From Candidatus Altimarinota bacterium (GTDB taxonomy: Bacteria > Patescibacteriota > Gracilibacteria > UBA1369 > GCA-2718715): 64,000 bases of DNA. The notes beneath the pieces were generated by a model. That model worked only from the letters and a program-made list of their open reading frames with translations. It was not told where the DNA came from and did not search any database. Shown here one piece after another: positions 11,000-19,460 of the stretch; within the stretch, counting starts at the first letter, position 1; the number at the start of each line of letters is the position of its first letter. A program made the position numbers and the translations under genes. The DNA is taken from assembly GCA_041242255.1 (NCBI GenBank), contig JBESAV010000001.1, positions 603,449 through 667,448 of the forward strand, given 5' to 3'.

Positions 11000-12205
11000 A
11001 TGAACTACCACCAAATCCAACCAATAGGCGACAAAAAAAACTCAGAATTTTTCAACGAAACACTACACAAAATATACAAACATAGAGACAAAAGTGGACT
11101 CACTCAAAACATTCAAAAAATCCACAGTTTTCATATTCAAGTAGATCCTGGAACAGCAGAACAATACATAAGCGAGCTAATTCTGATGACTCCATTCCAG
11201 TACCAAAACTCATACCTTTTAGAAAATTACAAATTTCACGTATTAAAAGTTACAGACCAAAACCCTTTATATATCATTCGTGAACCACATAATTCAGACA
11301 TAGATCAAACCACAGAAAGCTATCACCTTAACAACTTATCTAAAGTTGGCAAAACAAAATCCCACACTCGTTACTTAGGTGAAGTTTATCAAGTACATGA
11401 TCTCCAAGAGCTTCAACAAAAACTTTTAGACCAAGAAGTATACTTTGAACCACAATATGATCACACAAACGTTCTTTGGACCGAAGCCTCCCCATTTACA
11501 TGGAACAAACTCGGTTATATCCAAGAAGGAGTAAGTATTTTTCCAGACAATGCAAAACCTTATGTGTTTGCAGAAAAAACCGTGAATCAATTTCATAAAT
11601 CCAAACAGCTTCAACACAAGTATCAAATAGACCAGTATGTATTACCAATCGACCACTTCGCAACCAGAGTCTACTCACACGATAGGGAACACGCCATCTT
11701 AGAATACCTAACTTTAACCAATTACTATTTCTGGGGAGCCTACAATATTGGAGACCAAAACTCCTCTACAAATATTTGCCGAAACACAAATTCACTCCCA
11801 GAATCAATCTCGCCAGCTAAAGTGTTCACAGCCAACAACACACCTTATTACATAAATCACATCACAAAACTCCCATCGCCAACCGAAAATTTCGTCAGAA
11901 ACTATGGCCGAAGACTTCATCACATAGCCTATGCAGTAAGAGATGGTTACATTGGAGATGAAAAAGATGACATAAAAAATGTTGATTTCGTTGTGACTCA
12001 ACTCCAAAAATGTGAAGCAGAATTCCTCCAACATGTAATCGGAAGCTGTGCAGAAGGTCTTAAGCAAATTTTCTCAAAACCATCAAAATATAGTTTGCTC
12101 ATAACTGAATACATTCAAAGATGTGATGATTTTCAAGGATTCTTTACCAAAGAAAACGTTGCTGCCCTTACCGAAGCAGCAGGCCACGACGACCTTATAA
12201 CTTAG
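11000..12205 (+). CDS. VOC-superfamily protein, 4-hydroxyphenylpyruvate dioxygenase-like
   Basis: 401 aa. The C-terminal pattern RRLHHIAYAV ... GLKQIFSK ... LITEYIQRCDDFQGFFTKENVAALTEAAG parallels the HPPD HIA / LLQIFT / FFEIIQR / GFGxGNFxALFE motifs. Confidence 0.55.
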   Translation: MNYHQIQPIGDKKNSEFFNETLHKIYKHRDKSGLTQNIQKIHSFHIQVDPGTAEQYISELILMTPFQYQNSYLLENYKFHVLKVTDQNPLYIIREPHNSDIDQTTESYHLNNLSKVGKTKSHTRYLGEVYQVHDLQELQQKLLDQEVYFEPQYDHTNVLWTEASPFTWNKLGYIQEGVSIFPDNAKPYVFAEKTVNQFHKSKQLQHKYQIDQYVLPIDHFATRVYSHDREHAILEYLTLTNYYFWGAYNIGDQNSSTNICRNTNSLPESISPAKVFTANNTPYYINHITKLPSPTENFVRNYGRRLHHIAYAVRDGYIGDEKDDIKNVDFVVTQLQKCEAEFLQHVIGSCAEGLKQIFSKPSKYSLLITEYIQRCDDFQGFFTKENVAALTEAAGHDDLIT

Positions 12206-13481
12206 TAGCAAGTTTAAAACCTAGCCTTTGCACTTCTAAAGATCTCTGATCAAAGTAGCTACACTTACGAGTCTCACCTGTCAAACTTACTTCACCTATA
12301 AAAACATTGTTTAGTTTCTGAGGTCTCTTCTTGTATGAGTTTATCAAGCTATTCATCACAGCAAGGTCTGCAGCAGTATCTTTTATCTTAAATCCGCCAG
12401 AGATATTCACAAACACGTCCTGCTGAGACAAATCAACTCCATAATACTTCTGAAGCACCGCAATTATCATCGACAGTCTATTCGTATCAAATCCAACTGA
12501 AGATCTCTTAGGATACCCAAAACTACTCGGAGCTGTCAAAGCCTGAACCTCAACTATAAAAGGTCTATTACCCTCCATTGTGCAAGTCAAACTAGACCCA
12601 ATCAATTCCTTGGATCTTTCTTCCAGAAACTCCTTCGCTGGATCCTCAACTTGTCTTAATCCATTCGATTCCATGTGAAACAACCCAACCTCTTCAGTAG
12701 AACCAAAACGATTTTTTACTGATTTCAAAAAACGATACCTAGCTACTCTATCTCCTTCAATATACAAAACTGTATCAACCAAATGCTCTAGAACCTTAGG
12801 TCCAGCAAGCTCACCATCCTTAGTCACATGGCCAATTATCAAAACCGGAACTCCTCTTGATTTAGCCCAGTTTAGTATAGCTTCTGTTACATGGCGTATA
12901 TTTGAAGTACTTCCTGCAAAACTATTCGAACTGGCAGTTTTAATAGTCTGAATCGAATCAATTACCAAAAAACCAACTCGTTCTGAGTTTTTTTCAATGT
13001 CTTCCAAACACATCAAAACCTCTTCCAAAATATTAGATTCAATAAACTGTAATCCATCCAGAGTACAGTCCATTCTATCAGCTCTTATCTTAATTTGCTC
13101 CATAGACTCTTCTCCAGCTACATACACCATGTTTGCAAGATTTAGTTTATCCAACACTTGCAGAGTTAAAGTCGATTTACCAATCCCTGGTTCACCCCCA
13201 AGTAACATCAAAGCTCCAGGCACAACACCTCCTCCTAGCACTCTATCAATCTCACGGATATTTGTAGGTATCCTTTTGTATGAAATCTCTCTTGCTTCAG
13301 CTAGAGTTCGAGGCGATATACCCCTTATGTTTGAGTTAGAAGCAATACCCCCACTAGTCTTTTTAACCTTTTCTCTTTCCTCTAGGGTATGCCATTCTTT
13401 ACACTCAGAGCATTGCCCAGACCATTTCAAATGTGTTGCTTGACAACTAACACATACAAATTCCGTTTTAACTTTAGCCAT
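12195..13481 (-). CDS. radA: DNA repair protein RadA/Sms
   Basis: 428 aa. N-terminal CxxC...CxxC zinc finger, Walker A GGEPGIGKST, the KNRFG motif and a Lon-like C-terminal part. Confidence 0.95.
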   Translation of the reverse strand: MAKVKTEFVCVSCQATHLKWSGQCSECKEWHTLEEREKVKKTSGGIASNSNIRGISPRTLAEAREISYKRIPTNIREIDRVLGGGVVPGALMLLGGEPGIGKSTLTLQVLDKLNLANMVYVAGEESMEQIKIRADRMDCTLDGLQFIESNILEEVLMCLEDIEKNSERVGFLVIDSIQTIKTASSNSFAGSTSNIRHVTEAILNWAKSRGVPVLIIGHVTKDGELAGPKVLEHLVDTVLYIEGDRVARYRFLKSVKNRFGSTEEVGLFHMESNGLRQVEDPAKEFLEERSKELIGSSLTCTMEGNRPFIVEVQALTAPSSFGYPKRSSVGFDTNRLSMIIAVLQKYYGVDLSQQDVFVNISGGFKIKDTAADLAVMNSLINSYKKRPQKLNNVFIGEVSLTGETRKCSYFDQRSLEVQRLGFKLATKL

Positions 13482-13532
13482 ATAAAAGAATTAATTTGCT
13501 CAAATAATATCACAAATTATACATCCCTTAAA

Positions 13533-14030
13533 TTAACCAAATCTAAAATTATCCAAACTCCCATCTCTTCCTACTTCATCTAAAAACTCACAATTCATTA
13601 TTCTATTTCTCAAACTACCATGTGAAACCACATGTAATTTAAGTTTTTTATCTTTAGGAGCACCCAAAATATCCAAAAATTCTTCAGAAAAAATCAAATG
13701 CCATAAAACTATTTTTTCTGAACCATCAAGCGAGCATAAGAATTCATATAACCATTCTAAATGGATCCTACGATCTAAAACCCAATTAACTTCTCTAACA
13801 TTAGAAATAACTTCTTCAGGAATAAAATTAAAATTCTTGGCAATCTCAAAAGGCAAAACTGCACCATCCAATAAGCCAATAATTTCATCATTATATTTCC
13901 TCATTTCTACTTTAATTTCAGAAGCATTATGAGAAAAAGCCATTAGCTCATCTAGTTTCTGTTGGTAATCCGAAAAATCAAAACTATTTTCTTTCTGTCC
14001 AACGAATTGATTAATACCTGGTATAAACAT
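13533..14030 (-). CDS. hypothetical protein
   Basis: 165-aa ORF with no recognisable motif. Confidence 0.45.
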   Translation of the reverse strand: MFIPGINQFVGQKENSFDFSDYQQKLDELMAFSHNASEIKVEMRKYNDEIIGLLDGAVLPFEIAKNFNFIPEEVISNVREVNWVLDRRIHLEWLYEFLCSLDGSEKIVLWHLIFSEEFLDILGAPKDKKLKLHVVSHGSLRNRIMNCEFLDEVGRDGSLDNFRFG

Positions 14031-14140
14031 TTTTTCACAAACCTAAGTCTAAATCTTGAATATGTCAACAATTGACATGCAATCTTTTTAAGAAATCTCT
14101 TAAATAAATCTGTTAATATATTTAAAATAGCTCAAAGCAT

Positions 14141-14653
14141 ATGAAAAAATCACTAATCTTACTAACTATCCCACTCTTGGCCGGATGCATAAGCTGGAAT
14201 AATCAAGCAACCCTTACTACAAAGTACGCCAATACAACAAAATCAGTTCAGGATTTAAATCAAAGTTTTGAGTCAGACAAAAGCCTAAAATTTCACGATA
14301 AAGAAGCAGGAACAGTAGTAGATTTCCACTATCAGGATGAGCCAACCATAGAGAACCTCCAAAAGGCAATAGTTACTTACCAACCAAATTTTGCCGAAAA
14401 AGAAATTACGCACATCTTTTTTGAAAAAGGAAAACCTGTAAAAGCAAAATTGGAAACTCACTCCATGGAATCAAACGAGACAAAACTCCATAACCATACT
14501 TTCAATTTTGAAGATAGCCAAATCAAATCTGTCTACTTCCAAAACTCACTCATCCAGACAGAATCAGCCAACTCAGAGGAGATCGCGGCACTTACCCAAA
14601 AAGTCGAAGCAACCCTAGCTTATGTCACTAGCGCTTTCTTGTCTGAATCTTAA
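14141..14653 (+). CDS. putative lipoprotein
   Basis: 170 aa with signal peptide plus lipobox LLAGC. Confidence 0.65.
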   Translation: MKKSLILLTIPLLAGCISWNNQATLTTKYANTTKSVQDLNQSFESDKSLKFHDKEAGTVVDFHYQDEPTIENLQKAIVTYQPNFAEKEITHIFFEKGKPVKAKLETHSMESNETKLHNHTFNFEDSQIKSVYFQNSLIQTESANSEEIAALTQKVEATLAYVTSAFLSES

Positions 14654-15436
14654 AACAACAATTACTAAGCCAATTAATATCAATCCAAAGCTTAAAAATT
14701 GACCTCTACTTAGGCCAAGAACTAGTCCCAAGTGCGAGTCAGGTTCTCTAAAAAACTCAACTAAAAACCTAGCTCCTCCAAACCACATCAATGCTACCCC
14801 TAAAAGCTTACCTTCAAGCTTTTCTTTATTGTACAAGAAGCTCAACACCACAAACAAAATCAACCCCTCCAAAACTCCTTGATACAACTGGGAGGCATAC
14901 CTCAAGTTTTCAGGATCATCCAAAAACCTCATCCCAAAAGGGGAGTTAGTCACCCGACCATACAGCTCATTATTTAAGAAGTTTCCTATTCTTCCCAAAA
15001 AATAACCAACCGGTGCCACACTTATTATTAGATCTGAAACTTTCCAGAAATCTACTTTGTGTTTCCTCAAAAACCACCATCCAAACAACAAGCAAGCTAC
15101 CAGACCCCCATGAAAACTCATTCCACTTATTCCCACAAATTCACCACCACTAAAAGGCCAAACAATCTTCAAAGGATTTCTCAGATAGTAATCAAAGTTA
15201 TAAAACAAAACATAGCCAATCCTCCCACCAACCACCACCGAAGCAATCAAACCAAAAAACAAATCCTCTAGTTGTTTACTGCTCAAAATATCATTTCTTC
15301 TTTTGATCAACAAATAACAAACCAAAAAAGCAACCAAATACATAAAACCGTAGTACTGAACTTCAAATCCCAGAATACTAACCAATACTCCATCAAAGCT
15401 AAGAGGTAGATTCTGCCACCATTCAAAAAATCCCAT
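14615..15436 (-). CDS. lgt: prolipoprotein diacylglyceryl transferase
   Basis: 273-aa polytopic membrane protein with the Lgt signature GRIGNFLNNELYGR. Confidence 0.93.
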   Translation of the reverse strand: MGFFEWWQNLPLSFDGVLVSILGFEVQYYGFMYLVAFLVCYLLIKRRNDILSSKQLEDLFFGLIASVVVGGRIGYVLFYNFDYYLRNPLKIVWPFSGGEFVGISGMSFHGGLVACLLFGWWFLRKHKVDFWKVSDLIISVAPVGYFLGRIGNFLNNELYGRVTNSPFGMRFLDDPENLRYASQLYQGVLEGLILFVVLSFLYNKEKLEGKLLGVALMWFGGARFLVEFFREPDSHLGLVLGLSRGQFLSFGLILIGLVIVVLRFRQESASDIS

Positions 15437-15466
15437 AAACCCATTTAAATTAGGTTTATTTTACAC

Positions 15467-15709
15467 TTATTCCACCTCCTTCCCAACTAATTCCTTCAAT
15501 TCCATTTCATATTTCAGCTCCAACCTCGACACATCAGACTTAAATTTTTCCTCTTCCTGATGAAGCTTTATCACAGCATTCTTCAGCTGAACCATTTTCC
15601 ATTCAGGCATATATCTCAAACGTTCTATCATAGACTTCTTTTCGTCTATATCCAGAATTTCTAGATTCTTTATAAGACTAACTAACTCATCAACTAATTT
15701 TCTATTCAT
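15467..15709 (-). CDS. small coiled-coil hypothetical protein
   Basis: Internal ATG (MNRKLVDELVSL...) chosen. It overlaps the stop of the upstream 1204-aa ORF by 8 nt, suggesting translational coupling. 80 aa, charged and helical. Confidence 0.45.
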   Translation of the reverse strand: MNRKLVDELVSLIKNLEILDIDEKKSMIERLRYMPEWKMVQLKNAVIKLHQEEEKFKSDVSRLELKYEMELKELVGKEVE

Positions 15710-18700
15710 AGCTAATCTTAGTAAACTTATTGATGTCACCGGCAAAGATTCCGTAACCAAGCCCAGCAACAGCTACTCCAGACCCAGCTTTAGCAGCTTT
15801 TGAAGTGACTTTTGATACCTTCGAAAGATCAGAAGCACTACTCAAAATCGAACCAAGTTTCTCTAGTTTCTTAAAGTCACCAGCTTTAGTCAAAAGCTTG
15901 GCAGCACCACCAGCAGTTTTCGCTCCGAGCAAGAAATCTGTGGCAAGACTGGATACTCCAAACGAAACCTTCTCTGCCATTAATTCATCATTCCCAACCT
16001 TATAAGCATCGTAACCTTCAGAAAGATCTTTATAAGTTCCCACAAATGGCACAAGCCCCATTCCAAGACCAGTATATCCTTCTTTTTGAAAGCGAGCCAT
16101 AAAAGTCATATTATTTTCAAATACATCAGCTGTTTGACGACCAAGCTCTATACTCCCATCTGGATTCTCAACTATCTGAATCGTTCCAGCCGCAATATTC
16201 AAAACCTTACGAGAACCCCCTAGCCACCCTTTCTCAACTTCAACTTTATACTGAGCTTTTGGATATTTCTTTTGTAGGGCCTCAACTACTAGATCCAAGT
16301 TACCTTCAAACTTAGACTTATTCTTAAATATAAAATTCATAAACTCGTTATGGGCACTCAAGTACTCTCCTTTCATAGACCTCAAAGTTTCTGCTCTAAC
16401 CCCATGATCTTCATCCAGTATTTTATTTAGATTCTTCTTACTCATAAGCTCAAGGATCTTATTTTCTACATCCACCACACCATCCAAGATTTCTCCTGGC
16501 ACTTCTGAGGCATTTTCTTTTCGCTCAATGTCTTTATCTTTCTGATAAGCTTCATTCAAAGCCACAGCCCCACCAAAAGCAAGTGCTCCTGCTGCTCCCA
16601 TCTTAGCCATTTTGGCACCCTTACTTAGTTTGGCGATCCTGTTTGCCTCAGCGGCCCTTTGAGCTCTTCGAATATCACCAAGTTTTTGACCAACTTTAGT
16701 TCCTTTCATATATGTAGAGGCTTCACGTATACTCTCGACGATCTTCAGATTCTTCATAGAGGAAACAGGTTGTAATGCAGCTAAGATCCTTTTTTCCACA
16801 TCCAAAGCTATCTCAAAACTTCCCAAGATAGCCCTTAGTTGATCTCTATCAATTTCCTTAAGAGATTTCAAACTTGCATAATTCTCTACACCCATAATCT
16901 TTACCATTTCATCAGACAATCCTCCAACTTCAATCTTCTCAATAAGTCCTTTTATGACTTTCGGATCAGTCACTCCATCAGGATATCTATTAAGTACATT
17001 ACTTGAAAATATCTTCCCATCTCTTAGAGCAATAACCTCCCTTCTACTTTTCAGAATTAAATCCATACTTTCTTTAGCTTTTGAACTCAAGAGTTTCGAC
17101 TTATGCTGAGCTAATTTAAGTCTACTCGAATCATTAATATTCCTCATACTTGAAACAAGCTCTCCATAACTAGATCTTTGCACCAATTTCTTAAATCCAT
17201 CCGCCCTCAAGTTTTGAAACATCTCCCTAGCAGACATAGCAGTACTTACAGGCTTAGTAATAGGGTATGTCACCTTACTTGCAAGACTTTTACCTTTATC
17301 AATAAGACCTTTCTGGGCCACTCGTTCGTAGCCCACTACATGTTTGTAAGCATTATCAATTACAACCTTCCCAAGTGCCTTTCCACTTCCAATCACTGTC
17401 ATCACAGCCAGCCCACCTGCATATACTTTAGCGACATCCATCACATCATAGTCTTCATCCACAGCTGCTCTATAAACTTCTCCCCATACTGTATATGGCA
17501 ACAAGATATACTCTGTTCCAATACTCAAGAAAAAGTTTTCTCCATCACTCACTAGTACAGCTTCACCAGACTTCATTTTTTCATTTATAGCTCCACTCAA
17601 TTCTTCAGGACTTCCAGTTAAAAATTCTCCAGCACGCCCTAAAAGTTCTCGCATTTTTTGCATATATGCATCTCCCAAACTGTATCCCTCTCCTAAGGTT
17701 GCAAGAAAATCTATAGTATTCATATCAGAATACATCTTCAACCCAGGTGCTAGTAATTCTTTATCAGCCTGGCTGAGCTCAGAGTTTAAACCAATTTTTC
17801 TGGTTACAATACTTTCTTCAGGATTAATAGGTTTGTATACAAGGTTCAAATAGTTGTCACTGATCACAATCTCATATCTACTAATTTCTTTAAACTTATT
17901 AAATGCTTCAATCTTTTCTTTACTAACCTCACCTAGCTCATCTTGTCTAGATTCACTCAAGAGCTCATAAGTTACTTTGCTAAACTCTTTTGCTCCATCT
18001 TCCCCCATCATTTTCTCTAAATATTCTGAGTGTTCTTTGCTTAGCACCTCTGACTCCAAAAGCTTAATCCCTTTAAAATTCTCATATTTCACCTTTTGCT
18101 TAGGTGTTTGCCCCACCACATCCAATGTTGACTTAGCCACATTGGTCAGAGTGATGCTTTCCAAAATCTCATCTAAGCTTTTCTCTAGTTTCTCTTCGGA
18201 CTTCATAACTCCCATAGCCTGCTCAAATTCACCCTTACTAATAGTCATACCTTGCACTAACTCTTTGTACATAGGGTTAGTTGATATAACTTTATTAAAT
18301 TCTTCATAATCTTTCGGAAGGGGAGTGTTATATAAAACCTTCTCACCAATCTCATCCCATCTAGTGTTTTGCTGCATCAATCTTCCTCCAACCAAAAGCA
18401 AGATAACCTTTTTAGGATTATTCTTTGCATATTTTAGAGGCGCTAAACCAGTAGTCAGCATAAGCTTACCTGTCATTCCCACCGCATTTAGACCCTTGGT
18501 TGGTCCCATTTTGTAAGCCATGTAAGCTGCAACAGTAGACGACATAGCTGGATTATCTCGCAAGATAGCTATTGTTTCTTTAGAATAAGTTTTCACTTTT
18601 TTAGTAAATTTTCCAGCAGTTACTCCAAGCTTCTCTCCAGTAAAAGGCCATTCCTTATACATCTCCCCAGACTCAATTTTCTTATCAATTTTTTTCTCAT

Positions 18701-19316
18701 ATTTCTCTCCACTCACAGTTTCAACAAGATTATCCCTTATATCAGTCCAGTTCTTTCTTTTAGCCAAAAGCTCCAGAAGGTTCTTATGAACTAATTCTCC
18801 TTCATCCACACCCGCACTCCTCAAGATATCTTTCCACCACACTAACTTAGCTTTTTCATCTTCAGGCATCTCAGCAGCTTTGATGGCATTCTTAACCAAA
18901 TAATCCTTCACCTTCACCGCAGAAGCCAACATCGATCCAGCCAAAGGAATCTTCTTCAAATCATCCGGAATACCATCTATAACTCCTTTTACTTGATCAA
19001 CAGCAGTCTTAGACACTTCCATCACATTTTCTTTTGCTGCAGTAACATTTTTCTTAGCTTCATCCAACTCATACATGAATTCACTAATCTTTTCCCCAAA
19101 AAGCCTACTACTAAGATACTTAATACCTGCATAGGGATTTTCAAAAAAATCTTTAACCTTATCAAAAAAACTCAACTTCCATTCCTTGGTCTTACGATCT
19201 GCAATCTCTACCAATGAACCTTTTTCAGCTACAAAATCCTTTTCTATTGCTTCAAAAAAGTTCTCCCGCTCTTGAGTAACACTCTCATTTTTTACTTCAA
19301 TATTTCTGGCAGCCAT
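15702..19316 (-). CDS. giant hypothetical protein (1204 aa) with several Gly/Ala-rich hydrophobic segments
   Basis: Uninterrupted 3.6-kb ORF. Lys/Glu-rich helical regions are interspersed with hydrophobic stretches (AGGLAVMTVIGSG, MGAAGALAFGGAVAL, GSGVAVAGLGYGIFAG). No signal peptide and no known domain recognised. Confidence 0.7.
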   Translation of the reverse strand: MAARNIEVKNESVTQERENFFEAIEKDFVAEKGSLVEIADRKTKEWKLSFFDKVKDFFENPYAGIKYLSSRLFGEKISEFMYELDEAKKNVTAAKENVMEVSKTAVDQVKGVIDGIPDDLKKIPLAGSMLASAVKVKDYLVKNAIKAAEMPEDEKAKLVWWKDILRSAGVDEGELVHKNLLELLAKRKNWTDIRDNLVETVSGEKYEKKIDKKIESGEMYKEWPFTGEKLGVTAGKFTKKVKTYSKETIAILRDNPAMSSTVAAYMAYKMGPTKGLNAVGMTGKLMLTTGLAPLKYAKNNPKKVILLLVGGRLMQQNTRWDEIGEKVLYNTPLPKDYEEFNKVISTNPMYKELVQGMTISKGEFEQAMGVMKSEEKLEKSLDEILESITLTNVAKSTLDVVGQTPKQKVKYENFKGIKLLESEVLSKEHSEYLEKMMGEDGAKEFSKVTYELLSESRQDELGEVSKEKIEAFNKFKEISRYEIVISDNYLNLVYKPINPEESIVTRKIGLNSELSQADKELLAPGLKMYSDMNTIDFLATLGEGYSLGDAYMQKMRELLGRAGEFLTGSPEELSGAINEKMKSGEAVLVSDGENFFLSIGTEYILLPYTVWGEVYRAAVDEDYDVMDVAKVYAGGLAVMTVIGSGKALGKVVIDNAYKHVVGYERVAQKGLIDKGKSLASKVTYPITKPVSTAMSAREMFQNLRADGFKKLVQRSSYGELVSSMRNINDSSRLKLAQHKSKLLSSKAKESMDLILKSRREVIALRDGKIFSSNVLNRYPDGVTDPKVIKGLIEKIEVGGLSDEMVKIMGVENYASLKSLKEIDRDQLRAILGSFEIALDVEKRILAALQPVSSMKNLKIVESIREASTYMKGTKVGQKLGDIRRAQRAAEANRIAKLSKGAKMAKMGAAGALAFGGAVALNEAYQKDKDIERKENASEVPGEILDGVVDVENKILELMSKKNLNKILDEDHGVRAETLRSMKGEYLSAHNEFMNFIFKNKSKFEGNLDLVVEALQKKYPKAQYKVEVEKGWLGGSRKVLNIAAGTIQIVENPDGSIELGRQTADVFENNMTFMARFQKEGYTGLGMGLVPFVGTYKDLSEGYDAYKVGNDELMAEKVSFGVSSLATDFLLGAKTAGGAAKLLTKAGDFKKLEKLGSILSSASDLSKVSKVTSKAAKAGSGVAVAGLGYGIFAGDINKFTKISYE

Positions 19317-19460
19317 TCATATAATTTATTTATCATATAATTATACAATAAATAGCTGATTAAATAAACACTAACATGCATCGATTAGTATAAATCTATA
19401 GATAAGATTTCGCATCTGTAACCGAAGCATATATAATCAAGCAAAATCTAACACAATACT

